Shown: piece by piece, positions 44,810 to 54,051 of the stretch
Numbering within the stretch: position 1 is the stretch's first letter
How the letters are laid out: each line of letters starts with the position of its first letter
NCBI GenBank assembly: GCA_963677745.1
Contig: OY782391.1
Span: forward strand, 960,001 to 1,024,000
Source of the DNA: Candidatus Altimarinota bacterium
GTDB lineage: Bacteria; Patescibacteriota; Gracilibacteria; UBA1369
Direction of reading: 5' to 3'
Length of the DNA stretch: 64,000 bases
Made by a program: the position numbers and the translations under genes
The notes under the pieces: model-generated
The model's database searches: none
Seen by the model: the letters and a program-made list of their open reading frames with translations, nothing else
What the model was told of the DNA's origin: nothing

Positions 44810-45856
44810 ATGACGGATAATCTTTCACAAATAAAAATGAAAAACCGTTATGGACTTTTGTCCCTGCTGTTGGTACTGACTTTAGGCACTTTTATGGCTG
44901 CTCCGGTGCTGGCAGTCACTGCTACCGGTGCCAGTTTCAGCGATGTACCCGCTGATTACCCTTATTATACAGCCATTGAATTCCTTAAAACTGAGGGGAT
45001 CATCGGTGGGTATCCGGATGGCACCTTCAAGCCTTCCCAGGTTGTAAACCGCGCCGAAGCCCTCAAAATTGTTTTCAACGCCAAAAAAACTGCCCTGAAG
45101 GAATCCACTGCCAGCAGTTTCTCGGATGTTTCACTGACGGACTGGTTCGCCAAGTATGTTGAGACTGCCAAATCCCTTAAGATAATCAGTGGCAATCCGG
45201 ACGGCACCTTTGCCCCTGCCCGCACCGTCAACAAAGTGGAATTTCTGAAAATGTTGCTGCTTACCTATGAGGTTCAATTTGTCAATTATCAGGCTCCCAC
45301 CAGTCCGCTTTATCCTGATGTTACTGATAACAGTCAATGGTATGTACCTTACCTGGATTTTGCTAAAAACATTAACCTGATCACTCCTACCGCTACCGGA
45401 AATATTGAGCCTAACAAGGGGCTGACCAGAGGGGAGGTGGCAGAGGTGACCTATAAAATGATAGTTATAATTCGCGGCGGTCCGGTACAGTTGCTTCTCA
45501 GCCGGTCCGAAGCCCTCTTGATGCAGTCGATTTTTGACCTGCAGGCGGGAGCGCTGGACAATGCAGCCCTCAATATCAAATCCGCCAAAGACCTGGCCAA
45601 TCAGGCCTTACAGAAAGCCCCCGAGGAGGCGGTGGTTAAATCCGCCGTGAAAATTATCACTGCTTTTGAATATCTGGTAAGCTCTTTCAAAGAATCGGCT
45701 GCCGGTCAGGATGATCAGGCCTTGAAATCTGCCGGATCTGCTTATAATACTGCAGAAGAAGCCAAAGGGATCAGTAATTCGGTTGAGAATCTGGCCATTC
45801 AGGTCAAGTCTGCCGCAAAATCTCTGGCCGACAGCATCCGGGCCAGACAAGGTTAA
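44810..45856 (+). CDS. S-layer homology (3x SLH) protein with helical C-terminal domain
   Basis: FSDVPADYPYYTAIEFLKTEGIIGGYPDGTFKPSQVVNRAEALK plus two further SLH repeats; signal peptide. Start may be the ATG at 44837. Confidence 0.93.
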   Translation: MTDNLSQIKMKNRYGLLSLLLVLTLGTFMAAPVLAVTATGASFSDVPADYPYYTAIEFLKTEGIIGGYPDGTFKPSQVVNRAEALKIVFNAKKTALKESTASSFSDVSLTDWFAKYVETAKSLKIISGNPDGTFAPARTVNKVEFLKMLLLTYEVQFVNYQAPTSPLYPDVTDNSQWYVPYLDFAKNINLITPTATGNIEPNKGLTRGEVAEVTYKMIVIIRGGPVQLLLSRSEALLMQSIFDLQAGALDNAALNIKSAKDLANQALQKAPEEAVVKSAVKIITAFEYLVSSFKESAAGQDDQALKSAGSAYNTAEEAKGISNSVENLAIQVKSAAKSLADSIRARQG

Positions 45857-45878
45857 AACCAAGCATGATAATCTTTTA

Positions 45879-45908
45879 GAAAAGGCCCCGCGTTCGCGGG
45901 GCCTTTTC
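45879..45908. terminator. Bidirectional intrinsic terminator
   Basis: GAAAAGGCCCCGCG-TT-CGCGGGGCCTTTTC between convergent genes. Confidence 0.9.
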
Positions 45909-45937
45909 ATTTGTCTCAATTAACTCTCTTCTTATTA

Positions 45938-47413
45938 TTATTTTCTAACGTAGTTCAGCTTCAGTGAATTTAGTTGAGTCACATAGTTGGTACCGCCTGT
46001 CTTGATGGCATGGAGCTTGAAGGTCATTTGCATTCTGGAACCGGCTGTAAACGTACCACCGGTGATGCCGATGTTCTTAGCTGTCCAGGTGTTGCCTGCT
46101 GAACCTACCAGGTTTGAGGCACTGGTAAGGGTCATGGCTGCTCCGGCTGTGTCCACGCCGGTTACATCGATTTTATTGTGGGCGGTATTGGTGTCGGTGG
46201 TCAACATATCAAGTTGAACCGGATTGGTAGCCTGCCAGCTGGCAAAATCCTGTGGGAGTCTGACATCCAGCACTACATCAATATCCTGCAGGGCGGCATT
46301 ATTGGAGTACCAGTTATAATAATTTCTGAAATTGGTGGCGTCATAAGCTGAGCTGAGAGTACCGATGTTGGTACCACCGTCTGCCCTGACTACTGCATCC
46401 TTGAATTCTGCAGCGAATTCCATAGTGTTATTGGTACCGCTCTGGCTCGATTTGATCCAGTTGGTGCCATCACAGACATATTGGCCGGGCGGATTGGTGC
46501 CATCCAGAGTAGTCAGATAGAGTTCTCTTCCGGTGGAACCGGCATTACATACCGGCAGAGTGGCCACATTCTCCAGTCTCAGATCCTGTACCTGATTCAG
46601 ATTCAGGTCTACTGATCCGCCGGAATTAACTACCAGTGCATTGGAAGTCAATGTCCCGCTGACAGTAGTCGCATTATTTAAAGTGAAGTTGCCGGTTGTG
46701 TCGTTCCAGGCGATAGTGCCGGATCCGTCACCAAAGGACAGAGTGGTTGTGTCGCCATTAGCTGCGTCATTGTTAAAAGTAAAAGTATTGGCGGTGGTCT
46801 GGGGCAGATTGACAGTAGTGGTACCGGTGAAAGTTACTGTTGTACCGGCATCAAAGGTCAGTATGCCGGAAGTAAAGTTATCAGAGGTATCTGAACGGAG
46901 AAATTGAGTAGAATCCAAACCATCCAATGTACTGGCGTCACCTCCGGAAGCTGTAGTCACCCATCTGGTGGCTGCGCCATTGGTGTCATTACAGATATAT
47001 TCAGTGTTGGCGGACAGGGTCTGTGCACCATTTACACCGGCTATAGTCGCTGCTCCGGTATAGATTTTCTTACCTCTGTCCGTGGAAGCTGTACAGGCAG
47101 GCACATCAGCCAGGACTGAAACGTTCTGCACTCTGGCGTCCAATAATTGATGGGATTGCAGGTCCAGATTGTTGGAAATCTGGAACTTGCTGTTCAGAGT
47201 ATCATAGCGGAAATAAGTGGTACCGGCACTGCCGAAAGACAGACCGATATTAGTGGCGGATGTGTCATCGTAATCAATGACGTACTGATCTGCCGTAGTA
47301 ACACCCGGCTGGTCTGCGCCATCGTATAAAATGGCTGCGTTGGCCGCTGACAGCAAGCTCATTGAGAGAGCCGCAGTCGCCAGGACAAAACCGATTATTT
47401 TTTTTCTGTTCAT
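45938..47413 (-). CDS. Secreted Thr/Asn/Gly-rich fibre-like protein, paralog of 43414-44745
   Basis: Signal peptide (..AANA-AI); DASTLDGLDSTQFLRSD; two C..G..Y..Y.C..W modules; shared C-terminal domain. Confidence 0.87.
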   Translation of the reverse strand: MNRKKIIGFVLATAALSMSLLSAANAAILYDGADQPGVTTADQYVIDYDDTSATNIGLSFGSAGTTYFRYDTLNSKFQISNNLDLQSHQLLDARVQNVSVLADVPACTASTDRGKKIYTGAATIAGVNGAQTLSANTEYICNDTNGAATRWVTTASGGDASTLDGLDSTQFLRSDTSDNFTSGILTFDAGTTVTFTGTTTVNLPQTTANTFTFNNDAANGDTTTLSFGDGSGTIAWNDTTGNFTLNNATTVSGTLTSNALVVNSGGSVDLNLNQVQDLRLENVATLPVCNAGSTGRELYLTTLDGTNPPGQYVCDGTNWIKSSQSGTNNTMEFAAEFKDAVVRADGGTNIGTLSSAYDATNFRNYYNWYSNNAALQDIDVVLDVRLPQDFASWQATNPVQLDMLTTDTNTAHNKIDVTGVDTAGAAMTLTSASNLVGSAGNTWTAKNIGITGGTFTAGSRMQMTFKLHAIKTGGTNYVTQLNSLKLNYVRK

Positions 47414-47493
47414 AAGTTTTTTGTTAAATTTTTCTATTTATATATTATATATTTTGGATTTTCCCGGTTGACCTAGGGCAATCTCACTTTTCA

Positions 47494-48795
47494 TCATCCC
47501 CCTACCAGACTGGTCATTGAGAAAATTGGTACCATGATTGCAGCCACCAATCCTCCCACAACAATACCGACAATAACCATAATCATGGGTTCCATTATTT
47601 TTGTCAAACTGCCGACCGCCGTACTGACTTCATCATTATAAAACTCGGCAACTTTCTGCGTGACCATTTCCAGCTGAGCCGTCTGCTCTCCAACCTCGAT
47701 CATGTTTACCAGCATGGTCGGAAACAGTTTACTGTTGGAAAGATTTTCGGCCATGGGAATTCCGCTCTTCATGTCTTCTGCAGTCAGTAAAAACCTTCTC
47801 CGGTATACTTCATTGCCAATTGCCATTGACACAATTTCCATTGATTTGATGATTGGAACTCCGGAGGAAAGTAGATTACCGAAACCGTAAGCGAACTTGG
47901 CCAAAGTTGATTTGACAATCAGATCTCCGAAAAGCGGTAGTTTGATCAGGAAATAATCCCAGTAGTACCGGCCCTGTTTGGTTTTTTTCCAGACAGAAAG
48001 ACTCACCACGAAACCCACCACCATTAATATCATCAGCCACCAATACTGAAGTGTAAAATTACTCATCTGTATCAGGATTTTTGTGGCGAGTGGCAGTTCC
48101 TTTCCGGATTGCGTAAATAATCCGGCAATTTGAGGTACCACCAGTACCATCATCAGTACCACCACACCGGCCACCACACACAAGATTACCACCGGATAAA
48201 CCAGAGCACCTTTAACTTTTCCGGCGATGGAGGCGGCCTTCTCGGCTTCTTCAGCCATGTTTTTAAAAGTCTTATTTAGCTGGCCGGAAGCTTCACCGGC
48301 CTGAATGGAACCGATCTGCGCCTCCGTAAACACTTCGGGATACTTACTCATGGCTTTGGAAAGAGTGCTTCCCGCTTCCAGCTGCTTGGCCATGTCAAAC
48401 AAAACCTTGCGCAGTTTGGGGCTTTTTTCCGCCTGCACCGCCAAAGTATTGAGAGACTTGATCAACGGTATGCCGGCATTGATCATCGTAGCCATCAGAC
48501 GGAAAACCACGGAAATATCCTTGATCTTGATTTTACTGTGCTCTATCAGGTACTCGTTAAACTTGATAAAGCTGTCGATAATCGGGTTGCCTGTAAGTTG
48601 CATCTGGCCGGTGGGAGTTTTCTTTAAAAAGACTTTCTCGGACTTTTTGGCTTCGGCTCCGATGTTCATCACAAATCCCACACCCCTGGCGGCAGGTTTT
48701 TCCGCAGCAGCTGACTGTTTTTGGGCTTCAGGGCCGACTTTGAAAGTCTCCCCTTCAATCTCCCTGTAAAATCCTTTTGTTTGTTTTTCGGTCAT
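47494..48795 (-). CDS. pilC: Type IV pilus platform protein PilC / T2SS F family
   Basis: ATMINAGIPL, AGEASGQL, KVKGALVYP, VVPQI..LF....ELPLATK, MIEVGEQT, IMEPMIMVIVG. Confidence 0.95.
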   Translation of the reverse strand: MTEKQTKGFYREIEGETFKVGPEAQKQSAAAEKPAARGVGFVMNIGAEAKKSEKVFLKKTPTGQMQLTGNPIIDSFIKFNEYLIEHSKIKIKDISVVFRLMATMINAGIPLIKSLNTLAVQAEKSPKLRKVLFDMAKQLEAGSTLSKAMSKYPEVFTEAQIGSIQAGEASGQLNKTFKNMAEEAEKAASIAGKVKGALVYPVVILCVVAGVVVLMMVLVVPQIAGLFTQSGKELPLATKILIQMSNFTLQYWWLMILMVVGFVVSLSVWKKTKQGRYYWDYFLIKLPLFGDLIVKSTLAKFAYGFGNLLSSGVPIIKSMEIVSMAIGNEVYRRRFLLTAEDMKSGIPMAENLSNSKLFPTMLVNMIEVGEQTAQLEMVTQKVAEFYNDEVSTAVGSLTKIMEPMIMVIVGIVVGGLVAAIMVPIFSMTSLVGG

Positions 48796-48798
48796 ATC

Positions 48799-50088
48799 TT
48801 ATTTTGTTTCCATTTTCTTGGCTACGCGGTAGATTTCATCCAAAGAGGTAAGCCCCTGGATGGCTTTCAGCACTCCATCCTGCTCCAAAGAAACCATACC
48901 GTTTCTGAGAGCCGCCTTCTCGATTTCCACTGCCGATCCGCGGTCCAGAATCATTTTGCGGATTTCATTGTTCATGCTCATGATTTCATACAGACCGACA
49001 CGGCCTTTGTAGCCGATACCGTCACATTGCGGGCAACCGCTGGGAGATCCTTTCCAGAACATTTTGTTTTGAATCTGTTCCGGCGTAACCTTGCCCGGCA
49101 CCCCGATATTTTCCAAGGCCAACTTTACTCTCTCATACATTTCCGGTTCCAGTTCATACTGAACATGGCAACTCGGACAAAGTTTTCTGACCAGACGCTG
49201 GGCAATGATCAATTCAATACTGGAAGCCATTAAAAATGGGGGAATTCCCATGTTATCGATACGGGTCAGGGTTTCCACAGCACTGTTGGTGTGGATGGTG
49301 GAAAGCACCAGGTGACCCGTCAGTGAGGCTTCGATAGCCACCTGAATGGTTTCCTGGTCGCGGATTTCACCCACCATTATGATATCTGGATCCTGACGTA
49401 AAGCCGTACGTAAACCGGAGGCAAAGTTGTAATTGATTTCGTGATGCACCTGACTCTGATTTAATCCGTCCATCTGGATTTCCACAGGATCCTCAATGGT
49501 CATTATATTTACATCCACCGTATTCAGTCTGTTCAGACAGGAATATAGAGTAGTGGTTTTACCTGAACCTGTCGGGCCGGAAGTCAGCAGAATGCCGTTT
49601 GGTAAATCAAGCGCGGCGGAGAGCAGCTCAAAATTATGCGGGTCCAGACCCAGTTCGGGCAAATCCGGAATCTTGCGGGATTTATCCTGAATACGCATTA
49701 CTATCTTTTCTCCGTTAACCGTGGGCAGAGTGGAAACGCGGAGATCCATTTCCCTGTTGTCCTTTGTGGTGACTGAAGCGCGTCCGTCCTGGGGGATTCT
49801 CTGTTCATCAATCTTCAGATTGGACATGATTTTTACCCTGGATACCACCGCCGGATGAATATTCAGCGGGTATTCCACAATTTGTCGCAGTACGCCGTCT
49901 ATTCTATAGCGCAGACGGACGGTGAATGTTTCCGGCTCGATGTGAATATCCGAACCGCGCAGATCCAGGGCATAACTGATGATATTCAATACCATCTGCG
50001 GAATATTTCCGGACAATATAGCCTCCTGCAGCAATTGCAGTTTGGGGTTTTGGGGGGGAGTGTCTTGTGTCTGTACGGTATTTTCCAT
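48799..50088 (-). CDS. pilB: Type IV pilus assembly ATPase, PilB/GspE family (short, no N-terminal N1/MshEN domain)
   Basis: SDIHIEP, RYRIDGVL, PQDGR, GPTGSGKTTTLY, TIEDPVE, LRQDPDIIMVGEIRD, TGHLVLSTIHTN, tetra-Cys (CPSC, CPQC), GYKGRVG. Confidence 0.95.
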   Translation of the reverse strand: MENTVQTQDTPPQNPKLQLLQEAILSGNIPQMVLNIISYALDLRGSDIHIEPETFTVRLRYRIDGVLRQIVEYPLNIHPAVVSRVKIMSNLKIDEQRIPQDGRASVTTKDNREMDLRVSTLPTVNGEKIVMRIQDKSRKIPDLPELGLDPHNFELLSAALDLPNGILLTSGPTGSGKTTTLYSCLNRLNTVDVNIMTIEDPVEIQMDGLNQSQVHHEINYNFASGLRTALRQDPDIIMVGEIRDQETIQVAIEASLTGHLVLSTIHTNSAVETLTRIDNMGIPPFLMASSIELIIAQRLVRKLCPSCHVQYELEPEMYERVKLALENIGVPGKVTPEQIQNKMFWKGSPSGCPQCDGIGYKGRVGLYEIMSMNNEIRKMILDRGSAVEIEKAALRNGMVSLEQDGVLKAIQGLTSLDEIYRVAKKMETK

Positions 50089-50096
50089 TTTATATA

Positions 50097-50786
50097 TTAC
50101 TGTTTGGCTGTAGTGACGGGCTTTTGATAGAAAGCGTTCAGGGTCAGTGAAGAATTTATATTTTTTACATCCGGATTATAAACGGCTGTGGTGGTCCCGG
50201 TTTCCGTTGAGGTTTCGGCGCCGGCCTGTTCAGTTGGTTTTATAAAACCAAGGGAAATGCTGACGATGTCGAGCAATCGTGTTTCTTCATTGATGTCGCC
50301 GCTTTTTTCCACATTTTTCAGGAAAGCCTTTAGACCGTCCTCATCACCGGAGATACTCATGCTGAAAGGCAATTTGGCCAATTCGGAGGGATCTTGTTTG
50401 TCAGTTTCGGAGAAACTCAAATTACTTAAAAACATCGGATGGGCGGTTCCCCTGGTATCCAGAAAATATTTGTCGAGAGCTCTGGCCAGGTTGGTAAAAT
50501 CCTCATTGGCCGGAAGAATCTTTTCAATTGATTGATTTACAGTCAGATTTTCGGTATCCAGTTCCTTTTTAAGCGCCAGATAATCCTGCTTGGCCTTATC
50601 GGCTGAGGAACGCAATTCGGTCAGTTTTTCGTTTTCCGCTCCCAGCGCGGTCTGTGCGGACTGGTATTCGGTATAATGCATATAGCCGAAATATCCCCCC
50701 ACACCCAGTATGAGCAGAGTCAGCAGTGCAAACTGCATGATCTTCTGGTCCATCTTCCTTTTTGTGAATACTTGAGTGCTTTTCAT
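50097..50786 (-). CDS. PilO-like pilus alignment protein
   Basis: N-terminal TM, coiled coil, ILP, then LPFSMSISG....LKAFLKNVE....RLLDIVSISL. Located directly upstream of pilB. Confidence 0.75.
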   Translation of the reverse strand: MKSTQVFTKRKMDQKIMQFALLTLLILGVGGYFGYMHYTEYQSAQTALGAENEKLTELRSSADKAKQDYLALKKELDTENLTVNQSIEKILPANEDFTNLARALDKYFLDTRGTAHPMFLSNLSFSETDKQDPSELAKLPFSMSISGDEDGLKAFLKNVEKSGDINEETRLLDIVSISLGFIKPTEQAGAETSTETGTTTAVYNPDVKNINSSLTLNAFYQKPVTTAKQ

Positions 50787-50788
50787 GG

Positions 50789-52792
50789 TTATTTATTATG
50801 CTTTACTGGTACTTTTAATTTGGCAACTTTTTCTCCCGCCTGCAGATCTACAATCGGTGTGTTCATCTTTGAGAAAGCTCCGCTTTCAATTTCCATTTCC
50901 ATCGAAAAGGGCAGCGAATATATCTGTACCCCGTTTTCATCGGTTGACTCGCTCAGAGGGAAAGTGCGGTTAAAGACATTTTTAAATTCGGGAGAGGCTT
51001 CAAAGGCTTCAATTAAATATGTGACGACTTCTCTGTTGGTTGCGCTTCTTGTGGTATTAATTCCACTAACGGAAATCTTTCCGGTCTTCGCGTTGAAGTT
51101 ATAGCCGGAATATTCAATCTTGCTGGCATTACCGATGCCCTGACCACTGTTATGCTCAGTATTGACTTGATTGGTGACTCTTTCCAATGAGTCGATAACA
51201 TCCGACCAGGCAATTCGGGAGTTTCTCAGATTGGTGATTGTTGCGAGATTTACTTTGGTTGAAGCCAGCAGATTATCAATATAGGTCTTAAAAGCTAGAC
51301 GCTGTGCCGGATCGGCATTGGTCTGATAATCTTCCGCATCCAGTTTGAAGGCGTCTACGGTATAGGCCTTCAGGTTGGTAACCAGTTTCACGTTGCCCAC
51401 CAGTTTGGTGGCATTGTCAAAAAAGGCCAGTTGGTCAGGAGGCAGTTTTTCATTATTTTGAGTGCTGGATGATGCCAGGGCGATTTTTTCAGCTGCAATG
51501 GCGGTTTTCAGATTCTGCTGAAATTGTATTTCTTCGGTGGCTGCATCGGTAGCTGTTTCACCACGGGTTTTAAACGTCTCAACTACTATTGGTCTTTCCA
51601 AATTCTTCTGGGCCCCTGCCAGCAGATCCGGCATTTTTGTTTTGGCCTCATCCACCTCACTCTGGATGGCGATTTTTTCGGAAGTCAGTCCGGTTGTTTC
51701 CAGGTTGGCAACACCGTCAAGAAAACGGGTGCTTTCATATCCAAACTGGTTCAGATATAGCTGACCGGTCAGAAAACTGTATTTATTCAATTCGGTTTGT
51801 GTTGAACGAAGATTTTCATTGAGGTTAAACAGATCACTGCGCAGATTGGAATCAAAAGTAATATTAGTCAGTCCAAACAGGTTGAGTGACGGGCTAAGCT
51901 GATAGTATAAAAATCCATTGACGCCAACAGCTACGACGGTCACAAAAAATGCCATAAACTGAACCGCCCGCAGTTTCTTTTTTAACTTCAGCTGGGCTTC
52001 CTGTTCTATCGACTTCTCCAGGATGGTGGATTTCTTACCCAGCAATTCTTCCATTTTGGGTTGTTCCAGTTTTGCTTTCTGGGTGGCGATATTTTCCACG
52101 AGCTTACTGCCGCCGCCCGATTTCTCCTGAAGTGCCGCACTGCTGAAAAATTCGATCTTTTCAGTGGAACTCTTATCTTCGGTTTTGGGATTCAGTGCAA
52201 GTTTTGTGTCGGGTACGGAAGCAGGGGCGGCTTTGAGGTCGGGTATTTTGACTGCAGCCGGTTTGATTTCCGCAGAAGTTGTTCCACCCAGTTTGATTTC
52301 ACCGGGATTATCGGGTTTGGGAGCATCCAGTGCATCTCCCCAGGCCGAGCTGGGCTTGGTTTTCATGGTTTCAGGCTTTTTTGCAAAAAGACCTCCCAAA
52401 AGACCTTTTTTCTCGGGTTGGGCATCAATTTTTATTTCCGGAGTTGTCTCTTCCGCTTTTTGCAGATCCGCTCTCTTTATTTCCAGATTCATCACGGCGG
52501 GTTGGCCGGCTGTGGCGGCAGGAGTGGAAAGACTGGCGGCCAGTTTGCCGGTTGAGTCGGCGTTTTTTGGAGAAAGATCAATCGAAGGGGATTCTCCGGC
52601 GAGTGAAATTTTCGGAGTAAAGTTTATGGAAATTGAATCCGGTCCGGCCGGTTTGGCTGGATCGCCCGGAAGGCCTATATCGACATTTGGTGTGGCGCCG
52701 TCTGTTGCCGGTAAGCCCGTATTTGGCTTAATGGAGGTATCTGTTGCCCCCAGGTCCATGTTCGGATCAGCGCCAAGATTGATGGTTGCCAT
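50789..52792 (-). CDS. Bitopic protein with long disordered N-terminus and C-terminal PilN-like domain
   Basis: One TM (FMAFFVTVVAVGVNGFLYY); C-terminal RIAWSDVIDSL..ISVSG..VTYLIEAFEASPEFKNV..FSMEMEI. Start moved to ATG 52792, downstream of TGGTATAAT at 52818-52826. Confidence 0.7.
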   Translation of the reverse strand: MATINLGADPNMDLGATDTSIKPNTGLPATDGATPNVDIGLPGDPAKPAGPDSISINFTPKISLAGESPSIDLSPKNADSTGKLAASLSTPAATAGQPAVMNLEIKRADLQKAEETTPEIKIDAQPEKKGLLGGLFAKKPETMKTKPSSAWGDALDAPKPDNPGEIKLGGTTSAEIKPAAVKIPDLKAAPASVPDTKLALNPKTEDKSSTEKIEFFSSAALQEKSGGGSKLVENIATQKAKLEQPKMEELLGKKSTILEKSIEQEAQLKLKKKLRAVQFMAFFVTVVAVGVNGFLYYQLSPSLNLFGLTNITFDSNLRSDLFNLNENLRSTQTELNKYSFLTGQLYLNQFGYESTRFLDGVANLETTGLTSEKIAIQSEVDEAKTKMPDLLAGAQKNLERPIVVETFKTRGETATDAATEEIQFQQNLKTAIAAEKIALASSSTQNNEKLPPDQLAFFDNATKLVGNVKLVTNLKAYTVDAFKLDAEDYQTNADPAQRLAFKTYIDNLLASTKVNLATITNLRNSRIAWSDVIDSLERVTNQVNTEHNSGQGIGNASKIEYSGYNFNAKTGKISVSGINTTRSATNREVVTYLIEAFEASPEFKNVFNRTFPLSESTDENGVQIYSLPFSMEMEIESGAFSKMNTPIVDLQAGEKVAKLKVPVKHNK

Positions 52793-52936
52793 TTGGTCTT
52801 TGTTATTAAATCCTATTATTATACCAAAAAACGGGTACAAAAAAAAGCCTGAACTGGTGAAGTTAGTCAAATTTATGCGCGAACGTGATTAGGTCACAAA
52901 ATCACAAAACCGCAAGTTAAGGGAAAGGGGTTTTGA

Positions 52937-52960
52937 AAGTTTGTGCCCGGGCACAAACTT
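52937..52960. repeat. Perfect 24-bp palindrome AAGTTTGTGCCCGGGCACAAACTT
   Basis: Read directly. Intergenic, upstream of the pil operon. Confidence 0.9.
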
Positions 52961-52994
52961 AAAGTAATTTATTTCAATCAATGCAAGGAGGCAA

Positions 52995-53040
52995 AGAAAA
53001 AATGCCTAAGCGTATAAATGATACGTGAAGGCATTTTTTT
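52995..53040 (-). terminator. Terminator after rplL
   Basis: AAAAAATGCCT..CGTAT-AAATG-ATACG..AGGCATTTTTT. Confidence 0.7.
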
Positions 53041-53072
53041 CTGCGGTCGACGCAGTAATGCGCAGAAAGAAA

Positions 53073-53462
53073 TTATTTCAGTTCGACTGTGGCACCGGCT
53101 TCCTCCAGTTTCTTCTTCATTTCCATAGCTTCTGCTCTGGGGACACCTTCTTTCAACGGCTTTGGGGCGCCATCCACCAGATCCTTGGCTTCTTTGAGTC
53201 CAAGAGCGGTAATTTCACGTACCACCTTGATCACGGCGATCTTTTGTGCACCTCCGCTGGCCAGAATCAGGTTGACATTGGCCGATTCTTCTTCTGCGGC
53301 TGCTCCGGCTGCACCTCCTGCTGCTGCCATTACTGGGGCGGCGGCGCTGACACCGAATTTTTCTTCCATGGCCTTGACCAGGTTGGCCAGGTCCAAGACT
53401 GATAGATTTCCTACCATTTCCAGGATTTTTTCAGCATCCTGACTTAGTTTAACGTCTGACAT
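53073..53462 (-). CDS. rplL: 50S ribosomal protein L7/L12
   Basis: [50 protein letters not shown]. Confidence 0.99.
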   Translation of the reverse strand: MSDVKLSQDAEKILEMVGNLSVLDLANLVKAMEEKFGVSAAAPVMAAAGGAAGAAAEEESANVNLILASGGAQKIAVIKVVREITALGLKEAKDLVDGAPKPLKEGVPRAEAMEMKKKLEEAGATVELK

Positions 53463-53530
53463 GTGAGAAATAGTTAATTGATAATTATTGATAATTTACG
53501 TACAGGCAAGCTGCCTGTTCCGGCATTCCA

Positions 53531-54037
53531 TTAAGCGGCCGGAGCTTTTTCCGACAGGCCTTTGATAACCATATAAAATCCTGTAAGAGGTGATTTCATC
53601 GATCCGACCAGGCGAGCCAGTAGTTGCTGCTTGGAAGGTAGGGAAGCCAGTTCAACGGCTTCAGCTTTGCCTAGCAGTCTGCCCTCCATGATTCCTCCGG
53701 TCAAAACGACTTTGTTTTCCACGCTGTCTCCAAAATCTTTAACCATTTTGGAGGGAGTGATCAGATCATTTTCGTCATAACCGATTACGGCGGCGATGGG
53801 ACCTACCAGAACTTCATCCGAAATTTCGGGGAGGTTCTGTTTTTTGGCGGCCAGTTTCATCAGTGTCTTCTTGGCTACCACAAAGTCCATTCCGTTGTCA
53901 TGCAGTTTCTTTCGCAGGGCGGTGACATTCTTGACGGAAAGCCCCTTGTTCTCGGCGAAATAAACTGATTTGGCTCTGGAAAACTTCTCTTCCAGCTCTT
54001 TCAGGATTTGGCCTTTTTTTGATTTAGTAATTGCCAT
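53531..54037 (-). CDS. rplJ: 50S ribosomal protein L10
   Basis: MAITKSKK, GLSV..VTALRKKL, VAKKTL, LASLPSKQQLLARLVG. Start moved to ATG 54037. Confidence 0.98.
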   Translation of the reverse strand: MAITKSKKGQILKELEEKFSRAKSVYFAENKGLSVKNVTALRKKLHDNGMDFVVAKKTLMKLAAKKQNLPEISDEVLVGPIAAVIGYDENDLITPSKMVKDFGDSVENKVVLTGGIMEGRLLGKAEAVELASLPSKQQLLARLVGSMKSPLTGFYMVIKGLSEKAPAA

Positions 54038-54051
54038 ATTGGGGACCAAAT

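Noticed and set aside
19230-47413. Prophage, suggested by an excisionase-like HTH and tail-fibre motifs
   Set aside because: No integrase, terminase, capsid, portal or lysis genes, and the fibre-like proteins have Sec signal peptides.
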